A stretch of 63,986 bases of DNA, counting the filler, from Lenisia limosa (Eukaryota > Protista > Breviatea), in the NCBI GenBank assembly GCA_001655205.1. It is 10 parts of 10 records of this genome, joined end to end, with 100 filler letters (N's around TTAATTAATTAA, not from the genome) between each part and the next. Parts side by side here need not be neighbours in the genome. Positions count along the whole stretch, not along the records: positions 1 to 27,714 come from LPNZ01010119.1; positions 27,815 to 30,638 come from LPNZ01000380.1; positions 30,739 to 36,797 come from LPNZ01009965.1; positions 36,898 to 42,108 come from LPNZ01001850.1; 6 more parts are not named here. One strand, written 5' to 3'. The position numbers and the translations under genes were made by a program. Shown piece by piece: positions 24,401 through 37,128 of the stretch (positions are counted from its first letter, which is position 1; every line of letters starts with the position of its first letter). The notes beneath the pieces were generated by a model. The model was not told the DNA's origin. It saw only the letters and a list, made by a program, of their open reading frames with translations, and searched no databases.

Positions 24401-27400
24401 TTCTGAGACTGCCCCCCTCACTTTAGACGATATCATGGTGAAATCGACCATGTCTGTCTGGACAATTGCGATGTTGGCATCCAAGTTGTCGGGTATTCCG
24501 TCTTGGCACCGTTCATGTCGCGACCTATGGCGTCATGCATTATAAAACCTATGACGTCACATAAAAGACCTATGGCGTCATGTATTATAAGACCTATGGC
24601 GTCGTGCATTATAAGTTGGCACTTAGAGACCGAACAGTCAACACCCGTCCGAACCGGAGTAAACGCTTCACCATATGGTCGGGAACCAGCGATTGAATCA
24701 ACTTCTCTGACACTTCATGCTGACTACTCCGGATGACCTTGGGGGTAAGACGTGAAGTTGAGAAATCCAGTTAAATATCGGCCTAACAAGGGCTTTGGGT
24801 GTGGTTGGTCTACCTGGGTATGGTGCGACACTTTAAAAGTGGAGAAGATGCCGCGTGCAACAATGATAGAGGCAAAGCCAACGAAAAACAGCACCACAAT
24901 CCTGCAATGAACTTAAGAAAACCAAATTAAAAAGCAGTTGGCTCTCTAAAAGGCTACTGGATACAAAGGACCCCCCCTCCCACTTGATACTGAAGGATGC
25001 GGATAAACCAGTCTGGATGAAAGCACCGACAAGGAAAATGAGGGCGAGTGAATAGGTCGCAAAGTAGCTAGGTCATTAGAGTGGCAAAGTATCCAGGTCA
25101 TTAGAGGTGACAAAGTGTCATAAGAGTGGCAAAGTAGCCGGGCACTAGTAGCTATCGCCATTTATAGAGAATACTGCGAGAGGCATTTGATATACGGCCG
25201 GTCTGGCATACCTGAGAGGGAGTCCAGCATTGGTATACGCGACCGTCGTGAAGAGCAGCATGAAGCAAGCAATACCTACAATGTCATACAGAACCAACCA
25301 AGGCCAAGCACTATACCAATCCAAGCCTATCAAACATGCCATCAGGGCTTCATATCGGCTCAAAAAAACTCGGGAAAATAGAGATCGTTTTCGAGGATTT
25401 ATCGAAACATTCAGTCTTTTTCGAACCGAAGTAAGCCCTACACACCGTTTTGTGGGTTTTCATCAAGGTCAAAGGGCTGCGACTGCGCGGATAGGAAAAC
25501 TAAATGGTAAAACAAAAACGACAATTTATGATGCAAGAACCCCAATAATAACTATTGCAAAACAAGTGAGACACACAAAAGAGTTTGACAAATGAACATC
25601 ATATCCGCCCACTCATGAACATCATAGAAACGTAGCGTAGGGCAGTATCAGAGAAGATGGAGTGGGCGAAGTAGAGCAGAAAAGAGCCGACCGTGATGAA
25701 CAGGAAGATCGATGTTCGAATCTAGTGCGTGATAAAGGAGGGGCTAAAGAGCAAACTGGTAACTTTTCAAAGATTTGTTCTTTGTGTTATTGTGTCATTC
25801 CTCAATTGAAAAAAATAGTAGGACTACGAGAAACACAAATTAGGGGATGCTCTCATCAGAAATATCCCCCTCACATAGTTGAGGGTGTTTTCAGGGCCGT
25901 ATACGTAGTACAGGATAGCGAGGGGCAAGTAGACAATTCCAAACGTCAACACCAGCACTTGGAAAATGGGCTGGGCGGTGAGTTTGGATGGAGTAATGCT
26001 TAAAAATGTACACCTTTCTGCAGACATTTTCAAGATAGCCATTAAGTATGGTATGATATATAATAGTAGTAATATCTTACACTGATAAGAAAGAAAAAAA
26101 AAATAGAAATAAAATTTTGAGAAACTGTCCACCCCTGGGGCTTAATCGTATATGATATACTTGTTGACTCCCGCTTTAATAGTGTGCACTATTAATATAT
26201 CATAATATCACAGTACCGCAGCTTTCTCCTCTATTTGGCTCTTTTTCAAACGCAGATACCCCCCCCCCCCNNNNNNNNNNNNNNNNNNNNNNNNNNNNNN
26301 NNNNNNNNNNNNNNNNNNNNNNNNNNNNNNNNNNNNNNNNNNNNNNNNNNNNNNNNNNNNNNNNNNNNNNNNNNNNNNNNNNNNNNNNNNNNNNNNNNNN
26401 NNNNNNNNNNNNNNNNNNNNNNNNNNNNNNNNNNNNNNNNNNNNNNNNNNNNNNNNNNNNNNNNNNNNNGGCAGATACGACTGTGAGATGGGGGGGAGGT
26501 ACCCTCCTCGAGAATATTGATATGAGTAAAGAACCCCCACCCCCCAACTGATGAAGTAACAGGCTTATGGAAGCTGTAGGAGAGTGGTATGGCTGCTGAG
26601 GTTCGTCCTTTAGTGTGAGTAAATGATACTCCTTTGAATTTAAAGAAAAAGGACTTTTGTAATTCCTGCAATAAAGATACTATATGTAGATATTTGAAAC
26701 AGACAATCAGGTCGACTTCTAAATATGACCCTCTCCCACGTTTGACTGAGTGTAGAATACTCTCCTCATTTGTTCGGATGGTCTCGGATTGTTTCATGAC
26801 CGACTTGATTGCTGAGCGGAATGAAGGCTTCGGCTTAGTGGTCTGTCGGGGAGTAAAAATGGAAAATTTATGAAATATGATAACATCAAATGAGGGTGGG
26901 TGCATGGTAGGTTAATTGGGCATGTATAAGCTCAAATGAATGTTTTCAATTCTTGTAATTCCACACCAGGGTCTTATGACCCCCCACCACTTCTGGGGTG
27001 TACACAGGGCCTCCAGGACTGGCCTCAGCTCGGAACGTCGTCGTGTCGCCTGGACTGTTAACTAAACTGTCTATGCAATACCCTCACATCACAATACCCT
27101 TTTACCCAGTCCCTTGAGGGTGATGATTTTGAACTTGAAAACTGCGAGCGGTGTTCCTTTCACTTCACACACTCTAAACGGGGCAGTAAGTACTATTATA
27201 CATACATATGATATATAATAGTATATGATCGATAGAAATGAGAAATAAAAACAAGGTTTTATGAGTATCTGGCCGAAGACGTCATCTCATAGTTTGTTCC
27301 TAGTCTACCAATATTATTTTGACCTCCCCCCACTGTCCATTTTTGAGCGCCGTCAGGTCGGGAGTGTTCCATTTAGGCCCGGTTGTTCCTGTAGCCTCTG

Positions 27401-27690
27401 AACTCAGATTTGTGGGGGCCAGGGCTGGGGGGTGAGGGATGAGGATGTTTCCAAGATATTCTATAGAAATACCGAGCAGATATTGCGAAAATGGGAATAT
27501 GTACATAATTATATAGTACACAAAAAACATACAAATAGAGATATGATATATGTTACGGGATTGATTGGAATGAAGTTATGATTGATAAGGATGTGCAGAA
27601 ACCAATCACGTACGCTCACTGGGAGATCTGTCAGCATCACTGAGTGTTTCAGCCTCCTCTGAAATGGGACTTGAAATGGAGAGGTCTACA
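21428..27690 (-). CDS. Multi-pass membrane class III nucleotide (adenylyl/guanylyl) cyclase-like protein with one visible catalytic domain; 5' truncated at a linker, 3' end uncertain
   Basis: Hydrophobic exons at 24850-26000, then SEKLIQSLVPDHMVKRL, NIAIVQTDMVDFTMISSK, IPPQDLFAILANLVELVD, RRVYTV|GDAWVGVFG, PPIRIRVGVAIDAAVAGVISSLNPR and WGPALARVTAMEQDCRPGGILV. Confidence 0.85.
23476..23576. mobile_element. hAT-type MITE family A
   Basis: Perfect 8-bp TSD GGTATAAG on both sides. Confidence 0.92.
23828..23905. mobile_element. Tc1/mariner-like MITE, 78 bp
   Basis: TIR CAGTGACCGGGATAAGTCTTGACCG...CGGTCAAGACTTATCCCGGTCACAG, preceded by TA. Confidence 0.85.
24521..24613. repeat. Short imperfect tandem repeat of about 23-26 bp, 4 units, intronic
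   Basis: GACCTATGGCGTCATGCATTATAA variants. Confidence 0.85.
25343..25440. mobile_element. hAT-type MITE family A
   Basis: CAGGGCTTCATATCGG...CGAACCGAAGTAAGCCCTA; flanks CATGCCAT/CACACCGT. Confidence 0.8.
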
Positions 27691-27714
27691 GTGTTAGGGG
27701 GGGGGGGGTAAACG

Positions 27715-27814
27715 NNNNNNNNNNNNNNNNNNNNNNNNNNNNNNNNNNNNNNNNNNNNTTAATTAATTAANNNNNNNNNNNNNNNNNNNNNNNNNNNNNN
27801 NNNNNNNNNNNNNN
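27715..27814. other. Artificial contig linker; the same linker occurs at 30639-30738, 36798-36897, 42109-42208, 50391-50490, 52148-52247, 53824-53923, 59690-59789 and 62884-62983
   Basis: Exactly 44 N + TTAATTAATTAA + 44 N nine times; genes are cut off on either side. Confidence 0.97.
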
Positions 27815-28760
27815 ACTTGGCATTTGTTATGGTGCTCAGTGGCTTGCTGAATACTTCTATCGTTTGCAGGGCGTTTCATTGAGAACTATATATAATATGA
27901 TATGATTTTAAAAAATTAATAATACTTCAAAAATTTCTAATATTAACAAACATCGATAATATTGGATTAATAAAGCCCGAAAATATTTGAACAGTTACAC
28001 ATTTGATCATATCTTACTGCTCAGCCGGCTCTGTTTTCACACCGCCTGTGCCCGAAGTTGGACTCACAACTCTCCGCCCAACTAATGATGCCGCAAACGA
28101 CCCATTGTTCTGTAGCCTTCCCGACAGTTTCGTTGCTATTGAAACGCACTCGCAATCTTGGCACTTTGATAGAGTGTTGCTAAAACCGCCTGCAAAAGGA
28201 GAACAAGTTTGAGATAGCTATTTGTGCCTATCACCCAAATAGTACAGTATTAATGGATAGTTACACTTTTCATATTCACCTTGAAATGAAATACATATTT
28301 CTGCATCACAGATTTCACCACCCAGGGCTTTGTGACAACAGATCAGTATAGGAATCGTTTAAGTGTGTTCCGACAAACGAGACCGATGGTGACGTCATCA
28401 TTCACCACGGGCTGGGTGGACCAGGCGTATAGCGTACCGGGGTTCAAGGCCTGGGGTGTACAGGTGAGGTTTGGGTGGGGTACCCTGGAGGCTTGGGCTC
28501 ACTTTCATTTGAAAAGTGATTTGATAATTAACGATCGTTTTCCAGCCTTTTTTTTTCTATGACTCCCAGTTTCACCCTGAAATGACTATGGAACTCGCTG
28601 AGCCTGTTTGGAGGCTCTTAAAGCTTGAACCTGTACATGACAAGGGCGTGACCGAACCCTCCGCTCTTGCCACGGAGCTTTTATCCAAACAGTATGCTGG
28701 ACGGTTCCCAGCCATCCATCATCTACTGTTTCAACTGAACAACATATCAAATAGTATGAA
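27815..28760 (+). CDS. Class I glutamine amidotransferase-like protein; 5' truncated, 3' end uncertain
   Basis: Nucleophile elbow LGICYGAQWLA (from 27816), PEVGLTTLRPTNDAANDPLFCSLPDSFVAIETHSQ, and the His-x-Glu motif AWGVQ|FHPEMT across an intron. Confidence 0.88.
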
Positions 28761-29738
28761 TTCTATTAATATTGGAAACCTTCCAGTTGTATTCGTAGGC
28801 CCCGTTATCTCAATTTTCCTTTTAAGGTTTGTGAGAATATGCCACCTCAGTACAGCACGACCCTGGACAGACAGATTTCCCGAAGACCCCATTGACGTCG
28901 TAAGCTGGCCATATTTAATTACTTGCAAAAGAGAAAAGAGGACACCTTATTTGAGAAGCCATAAGAAAAACCGTTGTGAAATGATTAGTCCTCAGTTTTG
29001 CTTGTCAGTTTCTGCATTCCTGTAACTGCATTCAGGTTAAAGCCCAAATGAAAGCTTTAGCCAAAGAAAATGAGAGGAGTCAAGAATTCCATGAAAATGA
29101 GAGTAATATTCAAGAAGAAGGTGAGTTCACCTTTTGGGACTGATCTTTTTGACCTTTTCTTTAAAAGACTGTTAAAATATTGATTGGTATCTTGGTTGAA
29201 ATATTTTTGTCTTTTGGTTCCCTATGTTAGAACTAATGGTGTAAGTATTTATATCTGGCGAAATCTCATTAATTATTAAAATTTTGTCCAATAGTGCCGT
29301 AACTCTTCAGAACCACGGATGGAAGAAGATTTTGACATTTTGGTGAGCTGGCATGCCAATGTGTCACCTACATGACAAAGGATATGATAAAATGAGAAAT
29401 AAATAATAGATAGTACCGAGTCAACGCCGCTCGCAGCTTCACGTTTTCGCGAGAATGAATTCTTATAATCATCATTTGCCTAACAACTCTGTGTACACCT
29501 CTTTCCATATCTTTTCTGTACAATTCACCCATCGAAGCAGGGCAAAGGAGAACCTAACTCACGTAAGAAACCGCGTATGTTATGAACAGCCCCCACTCCT
29601 GCTGTCTTTGAAGGCGCTTGTGCTTGTTATTAATTGTGTTTTGTATTCGTTCTATTTATGGATGAAGTTTGATTCCTCCAATATGAAAGAAACAAACAAG
29701 GAATAAATAGAAGAAACGAATCACGGAACTATAAAACC

Positions 29739-30624
29739 CTATCGTCGTGAGCTGTAAGTAGGCATTACAGGTGCCGATTCTGCCGCTGCAGCCTGCTGCT
29801 CTTTTACTCTTGAGGATAAGTCAGGGGTGTTAGACCAACAGTATGGTTGTTTCCAATATTTCAAAACCAACAACATCCTAAGAAATATGTAATCATATAC
29901 CTTCTAAGACCACCAACGATTGATGATATCGTTGATTTGTCGAGAAAAAAAAAACCCTCAAGGAAACCATTGAATCCATCAGAACCCCAATATCCAATGT
30001 AAAACTCTGTTGGCTCAAACATCCAAAAATCTCAACAACAACATATCTTCCAAAAGACAACTATTACCCTGTGCTGATCCCACTCAGATTATCAATAAAA
30101 TTTCTTTGTTTTCAAGGTGGAAACCCGTGATTACCTGTAAATGAAGTCTTGCACGATTTGGCTAGGCTCCTGGGGCTGAATTGAGGCAAAATGATGACCA
30201 ACCGCTTCCATAAGCTCTAAAATTTGATTGCTTAAAAAAGATAAATAACCAACGGACGTTTTCCAAGCCGAAACCATGCCGAAAACCATCCACATAAGAA
30301 ATATCATAATCATAAAGTAGATCCAAAAACTCCGAATTTCTCCCAATGATCATTGATCAATATCCAAAATATAAAAATAAATGGTCACCCGTAGAGCACG
30401 TGAAGAAACGAGGAAAAACAATACCCCAGTATTTTCTAAAAGATATGAAATGCCTGGACTTCCCCTAACCAGTCAATCCAACTATACGTATGGGCTTCCA
30501 ATCCAGAGTTGGCCAATATTGCTTGCCACAAACCTGGTTTTGACTGGGTGTTGCCGCATCTGACCCTGAATTTGGCCTGGTAGTCCTTGAGAAAGTTCAT
30601 GGACATCGAGTTGAAGTCCACAAC
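29739..30624 (-). CDS. SAP30-like Sin3-binding domain protein, 5' truncated at a linker
   Basis: VVDFNSMSMNFLKDYQAKFRV...KP|ELMEAVGHHFASIQPQEPSQIVQDFIYR|VKEQQ...* resembles the SAP30 C-terminus (VDLxxLxxxTLRRYxxHF...LxExVxxHFxS...FIYxVK). Confidence 0.75.
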
Positions 30625-30856
30625 CTGGGGGGGGGGGGNNNNNNNNNNNNNNNNNNNNNNNNNNNNNNNNNNNNNNNNNNNNTTAATTAATTAANNNNNN
30701 NNNNNNNNNNNNNNNNNNNNNNNNNNNNNNNNNNNNNNTTCAGTGTTTATGATTCCTTTACGCCAATATTTTTCATAGAAATTTCTTTTGTTTTGAGTTG
30801 ATTTGTTTTTTGTTTTTGTTTCATAAATTTTCCAATTTTACCCCCCCCCCCCCAGG

Positions 30857-31722
30857 TTGACACTTTGGCCTCAACTATTCCGGTTCCGCAGACGATGATA
30901 TCAAAGTCACTTTCCAACCAAACAGAGNNNNNNNNNNNNNNNNNNNNNNNNNNNNNNNNNNNNNNNNNNNNNNNNNNNNNNNNNNNNNNNNNNNNNNNNN
31001 NNNNNNNNNNNNNNNNNNNNNNNNNNNNNNNNNNGGAGTGTTTCACGAAAAATTGAAAGCAAAGTCAGGAGTTTCTCATCTTTATTTTTGATGAGTCTGG
31101 TGAATTTTTAATATTGATTGGAACTTTGACTGAAATTACCAATAACAAGGTATTCATCTTAACTCACAACTTCCCAGGCCCATTTTGACCATTTTAGACA
31201 GAAGAATTGGGAGGTGACGCATGAGTATTGTATTTGGAGCGGACCAATGCCCCAGGTTTGTATTAATATTGTTATTTTGTTTTTATTAGTTTGTAATAAT
31301 AATAATCCTCTTTAATAAGCGTGATGGTATTGACAGCAATATCCTCAAAAAATTAATTGCCGGAGTTTTAGTTTTTCTAATCTTTATAGGGGGCGCGACC
31401 AACCTCAGCGTCACCCGAACCAAAAAGTGGGTTTGTTGAAATTTCCTTCGAATTCCAGACTGGCCTGGGCTTTGTTTGTTTNNNNNNNNNNNNNNNNNNN
31501 NNNNNNNNNNNNNNNNNNNCACAGAGGAATAGTTCCGTCCTTGATCCTGAACACCAGCAGGGACCTCACCCAAAAGCTCGCGAAAAAGTGGGTTGAGTTG
31601 TTTTGTGTGATTTTGAGGACAAGTGGGCGATGTTATTATTTGATATAATAATACTCTTGAATTGGACTTTGTTTTGAGTTTATTTTGTCCATGACAGAAT
31701 GAATCCCTTTGAGCAATAAAAA
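30857..31722 (+). CDS. Multi-exon hypothetical protein fragment
   Basis: Several short GT-AG-bounded exons (QKNWEVTHEYCIWSGPMPQ, RDGIDSNILKKLIAG, HRGIVPSLILNTSRDLTQKLAK); no family recognised. Confidence 0.4.
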
Positions 31723-32473
31723 AGATATTGATAAAGAATAACCAAAATTGAAATGGTTTAAAGAACCAGTGTTCTTTGGAGTGTTTCTGGATTTGAAAAA
31801 AGTTTTACTCTTCTGTCCCTCCCAAAGCCCTGTGTCGTCTCACTCTTTAGGGGGAAAACGCATTTTTGACACGGTTTCTTAGTCTGTATATGGTAGTAGA
31901 GTTTCTTTTTCTTTCTTGTCTTTCTTTTAATTTATCACATGGGATTTTTCATTGTTGGAGTGATACTTTAAGGCAACTTAGTACAGAGGGTATTTTAAAA
32001 TACTTAGTTGGGCTCCGTGTAATTAATAATAGCTAAATGTGATTGGGATATGTTATTCCCTTTTCAGACACAAAATTTCTAATTTTGTCAATATTCAAAA
32101 ATTTAATTACACGTAGTACAGAGAAACTTAGCCCCCCTTGCGCCCAAACCAGAATTATTAAAAAGCNNNNNNNNNNTTTACACGTAGTACAGAGAAACTT
32201 AGCCCCCCTTGCGCCCAAACCAGAATTATTAAAAAGCTGACAAAGCAGCGCGACCGGAGCCTTCCATGCCCTCCCGAACACGGTCAGCCCCAGCCGCAAT
32301 AGCCGGGCCAGGATCTATTGATCGAAAAAAGGGGTGCAACCCCCCAGAACTCCAATAATAACAAAAGAATACTAGGGGGCCCCGATACGCTTGCCCTTGG
32401 GAAGATCCCACAACCCAGGGGGGCGCACCGGGTGCTGTGCGGCTGGGAGGCACCGCACAGTGCGGACGAGGAT

Positions 32474-34925
32474 CTACTCCTGGAGGGGTCAAAAGTGAAC
32501 AAACAGCATCAAGCTTATAAGATATATAGGATATAGTATTACACTTCCCCCCCCCCCATGTATATGATATAATATCAGAGAAAAGAACCAAAACAATATA
32601 CATAATACCGCCAACCTCGGCGGCGGCCTTGGCGAGGGCAGACTGAATGATCTGCTGAGCGCGGGCGCGACGAGTGACGCGAGTGGTGCGGAGCTTCTTT
32701 TGGACCTTCTTGTACTCCTGAAGGGTAAAATATTGTTTTTGAATAAATAGACAAAAGAGAAACAAAACCCTGAGATAACATATTGTAACAAATTGCCCCT
32801 TTTCGAGAGTCCCCACCTTCTTCTCGGTGAGCTTAGCCTCGGGGTTGGCGCGGATGGCAGCGTGGGTCTTCTTGTAGATCTCCTCGAGGTCGTCAGCCTT
32901 AACACCGGCCTTGACGAAGCGAGAGAACTGCTTTGCGTAGCGGTCCTTGTCTTCCTCCTCAAGTTGGCGCATGTAGTCAGCAACGTGGCCGCCGAAGATG
33001 TACCTGCCGAGGGTCTCGGAGTCCATATTCTGGAGGGTGAAACGTTGTATTCAAAGAAAAGGGGCTCAAAACAAACAAAGAAAGGTGCTCACCTTGGACT
33101 CAGCGTCGTAGCCTGGGAAGCGCTTCTCGTTGTGGGGGATGAGGATACCAGCATCACAGGCACCCTGGAGTGGTGGGGGATAAGATTGGATCATTTATGA
33201 AACAAAAAAAGCCCAAATCAACTCTGTTGACTGATAACACACGAGGGTTGATANNNNNNNNNNTTTGCACCACCAACCTTCATGGCAGCGAAGACACGAG
33301 CACCGGTGGAGGCGCGAGCAAGGCCCAGATCGAGGTTGGCAAGGAAGGGGCGGGGGCCGTCTCCAGCCTCAACAGTGTAGTCCTCTCCAACGTTCTGATG
33401 ATGGTGAAAAATGTACATGAATTAAAAGGGGTGAGAAATGTGAAAAACACGCATGAAATAAAAAGGATTGAAATTGATGGGATGAGAAATGTGTAAAACA
33501 TGCACTGTCTACAGGGTAAACTATCCCGGATAGTTGCCATTTATTCCTTGAATGTGGCCTTTTATAACGGTTTTTGCTTGTTTTTGACCGTTTTTGGACC
33601 GTATATAGAGAGCTTAGGGACTTAATTTGGTTTTTACCCGATAATATGTTAAATTGGGGTTTCATTATTTGATTAAAATAGAGATTACTTTCAAAAACAG
33701 AAGGGAAATAGGGAATTCTGGGTGGTTTATGGTGATTTTGTATGGAAAACTCAAGCTATCCGGGAGTTTTGATGTGTCCGGGAATTTTGAATGATGTCCG
33801 GAGCTTTGACTATACATANNNNNNNNNNTGAAATAAAGGGGAGAAAGGTAGGGCTCCGTGCAATTAATTGCAAGGTGCCCTAAAAAAAGGATAAAATGCA
33901 TGATAGGGGTGAAAAATGAGCATACAGTCAAAGGAAACGATGAATTTCGTTTAGTGGAGTGTGTTGCTCCTGATAAGAATCCTATATCATATTGGTTTCC
34001 CGACGGTCCCAAAAAAGACTGAATTTTAGATAAATCCTAGATAAATATCGATATTTTACCGGTTTTCGGACAGTAGGGAAGCCCTAATCATGTCCTACCC
34101 CCCCCGCAACCTCGGTGTTGCCTTCGTAGACCTCGTCCATCTTGAGGGTCTTGAGAAGACGGCGTCCGCAGAGGAGCCCGGTGGCGTAGCAGGCGGCCCA
34201 GTTGGTGAGGCCGAAGCTGAGCCCGTAGCGGGGGAGTTCTGGAAATTAGGGATGGGGACGTTATGAAATAAAAAAAAAAAGCACAATGCGCAAAACAATG
34301 TGCATGTGTCATACAATGTCAAAACAATGTCCATACAATGCAAGCAATGGGTAAAACAACGCCCCATACCGTGGGCGTAGGCGGCACACATGACAACGTC
34401 ACCGACAACCTTGGCGTACACAATCTGTCAGAGTTAAGCGAGAGAAAAAAAGAAGAGGGAGGGAGAGTGTCTGCATGTGCAAAAAAATGTGAGAGCCAGC
34501 TGAGTATGCCATGATCATTTAGAAGGGAGAGAAGCGCAAATGGGTGCCTTTGGCGACGAAGTCATTCGCGGGTTGGAGAAAATAGTTAAGTCACTGCCCT
34601 TCTCTACCCTACAAACTTGGCAGATCACGTCCTTGTTGGTAATACGAACAACAAAGCGGTACTTAGGTGAAGAGTACTTGTTCTTGGCCTGAGCGGTCAG
34701 ACGCTTGCGGGCATAGTAGTCAGTCTTGCCCTCTAAAATTGTTAGTGCGGGCAGCCATCATCAAAAACATTGACTGCTGTAAAACTAACCGCGACGACGA
34801 CGCTGCTTGACCTGGAAGCGCTTGAAGTAAGCCTTGTTCTTAACAATTTTGATATTCTGAAGAATTAGGCAAAAAAAAAAGTAAAAACTGAAAGTCCATA
34901 AATTTCTTCACACTCCGCATACCAT
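32474..34925 (-). CDS. RPL5: 60S ribosomal protein L5 (uL18)
   Basis: M|[22 protein letters not shown]|[12 protein letters not shown]..., VVCAAYAH|[32 protein letters not shown]|[44 protein letters not shown]. Stop TAG at 32474-32476. Confidence 0.97.
33175..33253 (-). repeat. Intronic repeat family B copy forming the 3' end of an RPL5 intron
   Basis: In transcript sense, TATCAACCCTCGTGTGTTATCAGTCAACAGAGTTGATTTGGGCTTTTTTTGTTTCATAAAT...TATCCCCCACCACTCCAG| joins directly to the GGT GCC TGT codons. Confidence 0.85.
33992..34086. mobile_element. hAT-type MITE, subfamily A2, in an RPL5 intron
   Basis: GGTTTCCCGACGGTCCC...GGACAGTAGGGAAGCCCTA. Confidence 0.8.
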
Positions 34926-35132
34926 AGTAAATTAGACCCGGCAGAGTCGAAAAAGGATTTTTTTCAAAAAAATTTAACTTAAATAATAAGTTATACACCC
35001 TACAGGTTTCATAATATTAAGCCTTTCGTTTCTAGCAGTTATCTGGCTAATGTATTTAGAAGGGTTTGTAGTTATAAAATGCGAATACCTTATTTGATAA
35101 AATAACCTTTCCAATTTTGTGAATCAGATACA

Positions 35133-36551
35133 ATGCCCATTTTCACCTTTGCTGATATCAACAACCTCAATGGCAATCTAGGAGGAGCAGGAAATGGGAC
35201 ACAGCTTTCGGGAAATTCTCAGTCTTATTTGGATTCTTCTAAAAGCCATGGTTACGGCTCAGATCCTCTTCCTGACGTCTTCAAACTCTTCAAAATATAC
35301 AACCAGAAGGTAGGCATCTTCGTTCACTCTCATTTTTCGAATCTTCTGACCTCCCTACAGTACTTCCGAGGCTTTCTTGGCGATGTGAAGCTTGAATGGA
35401 GTTCAAAAATGACGCAATGCGCAGGGCTTTGCTATTATCATCGCAACCGTAAGCCTTTAATGTTTGCTATATTAAGATAGGATAAGGGTTTATTTATTTT
35501 CGCTGCTTGGCACGTTTGTGATCTACAAATTATTTTTTTTAAATGAGGGTTTATAATGTTGGCATGATTGATATTTCTTTGAGAAATCTGAATAATGTTG
35601 ACAGATACAGATGAGTCTTATTTTCACATTTATGTTGACCAGATACTTATGTTAACAAATATGTTACTGCCAGTGGTGAGGTCGATTATAAAGAATTAAA
35701 ATTTTTCTGCGTTTTTATTTGCAAAAAAATGTTGTCAGATTACTCATCTTGTAGCACAGATATATATAATCCATATGATATTATGTCTATTTAGCATGGG
35801 TATACAGTCACACTGATATTGATACATATATATATGTATGTACTACCTGTATTATTTTAATACTATTAACAGATCAGTCTTTGCAGCCTTGTGCTCACTC
35901 TCATTCAGGCCAGACAGAGAAATGTGTTGTTCGACTATCGGAAGCGCTTTTGAAGTTCCGACCCGCTTCCGACACCATCAACACCCTCGCTGTTGGGGGG
36001 AGGGGTAAATTACACCTACCTCCACTGTGATACGGAAGCGACCGGCCCGGGCTTTGTTTGTTTTGTTGTTTTCAACCCTCGTGTTTTGTCGGCCGACAGA
36101 GTGATTTGGTTTTTTTTTGTTTTTGTTTCATCNNNNNNNNNNNNNNNNNNNNNNNNNNNNNNNNNNNNNNNNNNNNNNNNNNNNNNNNNNNNNNNNNNNN
36201 NNNNNNNNNNNNNNNNNNNNNNNNNNGAGATGATTCACGCCTACCTCTTCCTTTCTGGCACAAACACCGATGACGACGACCATGGTATGTTGGGAGGCTA
36301 TTTCGATGCTTATTGTTGGGAGGCTATTTCGATGTTTCGCTTCCAAAAGATATTAAAAAAATATCGATATTCATCGAGGATTTATAGAGGATTTGGTCTT
36401 TTTGTAAAGTGAAGTTTATCTTGCCTGTTTTGTTTCACTATTTTTCCATGTTTAACCCCCCACCCCAGGTCCGATGTTCTGCTTCCATATGGCCAAAATC
36501 AATCGCGAAGAGGGCCTCAATATCACAGTCTACCACACTTTCCATAACGAG
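35133..36551 (+). CDS. SPRTN: SprT-like metalloprotease Spartan, 3' truncated at a linker
   Basis: LFKIYNQKYFRGFLGDVKLEWSSKMTQCAGLCYY, CVVRLSEALLKFRPASDTINTL, (H)EMIHAYLF...DHG|PMFCFHMAKIN...NITVYHTFHNE. The first His of HExxH falls in an N gap. Confidence 0.92.
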
Positions 36552-36567
36552 GTGAGGGGGGTGATGA

Positions 36568-36578
36568 GTTGTTGTTGC

Positions 36579-36612
<34 letters not shown>

Positions 36613-36790
36613 GATGATGATGATGACGACGACGACAATGATGATGGTCATGTTGATGATGTTGATGTTGATGACAATGATGGTCATGATGATGATGGTA
36701 ATGATGGTAATGATGGTGATATTGATGATGATGACGACAATGATGATGGTAATGATGATGACAATGATGATGGTCATGATGGTGTGGAGG
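36568..36790. repeat. Compound trinucleotide microsatellite (GTT)n/(GAT)n/(GAC)n
   Basis: Seen directly, downstream of the SPRTN GT donor at 36552. Confidence 0.95.
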
Positions 36791-37128
36791 TTGACATNNN
36801 NNNNNNNNNNNNNNNNNNNNNNNNNNNNNNNNNNNNNNNNNTTAATTAATTAANNNNNNNNNNNNNNNNNNNNNNNNNNNNNNNNNNNNNNNNNNNNTCA
36901 CCTCTAAATATGAAGGTCTTATACATATGATATATCGCAAGGAGAAATAAAAAACAAGGTGGTATCTGGCCGAAGTTGTCAACAAACACCATTACGCTTA
37001 TAAGAGATATTGAATTATAGCATAATATTAATTCACTCATTTATTTGCCTTACAACTCTGTGCACGCAGTGCGTGCCACGGTCTTAGATCAAAAACAAAC
37101 CGAAAACAAAAACGTCAACCCCACACAC

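Noticed and set aside
32107-32237. Perfect 60-bp direct repeat
   Set aside because: The two copies directly flank a 10-N gap, the usual signature of an unmerged contig overlap.
33400-34620. snoRNAs in RPL5 introns, as in vertebrates
   Set aside because: No convincing RUGAUGA/CUGA pair with terminal stem or H/ACA layout was found by eye; a snoscan or Infernal search is needed.
36438-36853. ORFs rich in poly-L, M, N, T and I
   Set aside because: They are translations of the (GTT)/(GAT) microsatellite after the SPRTN donor, extended through Ns and the linker.
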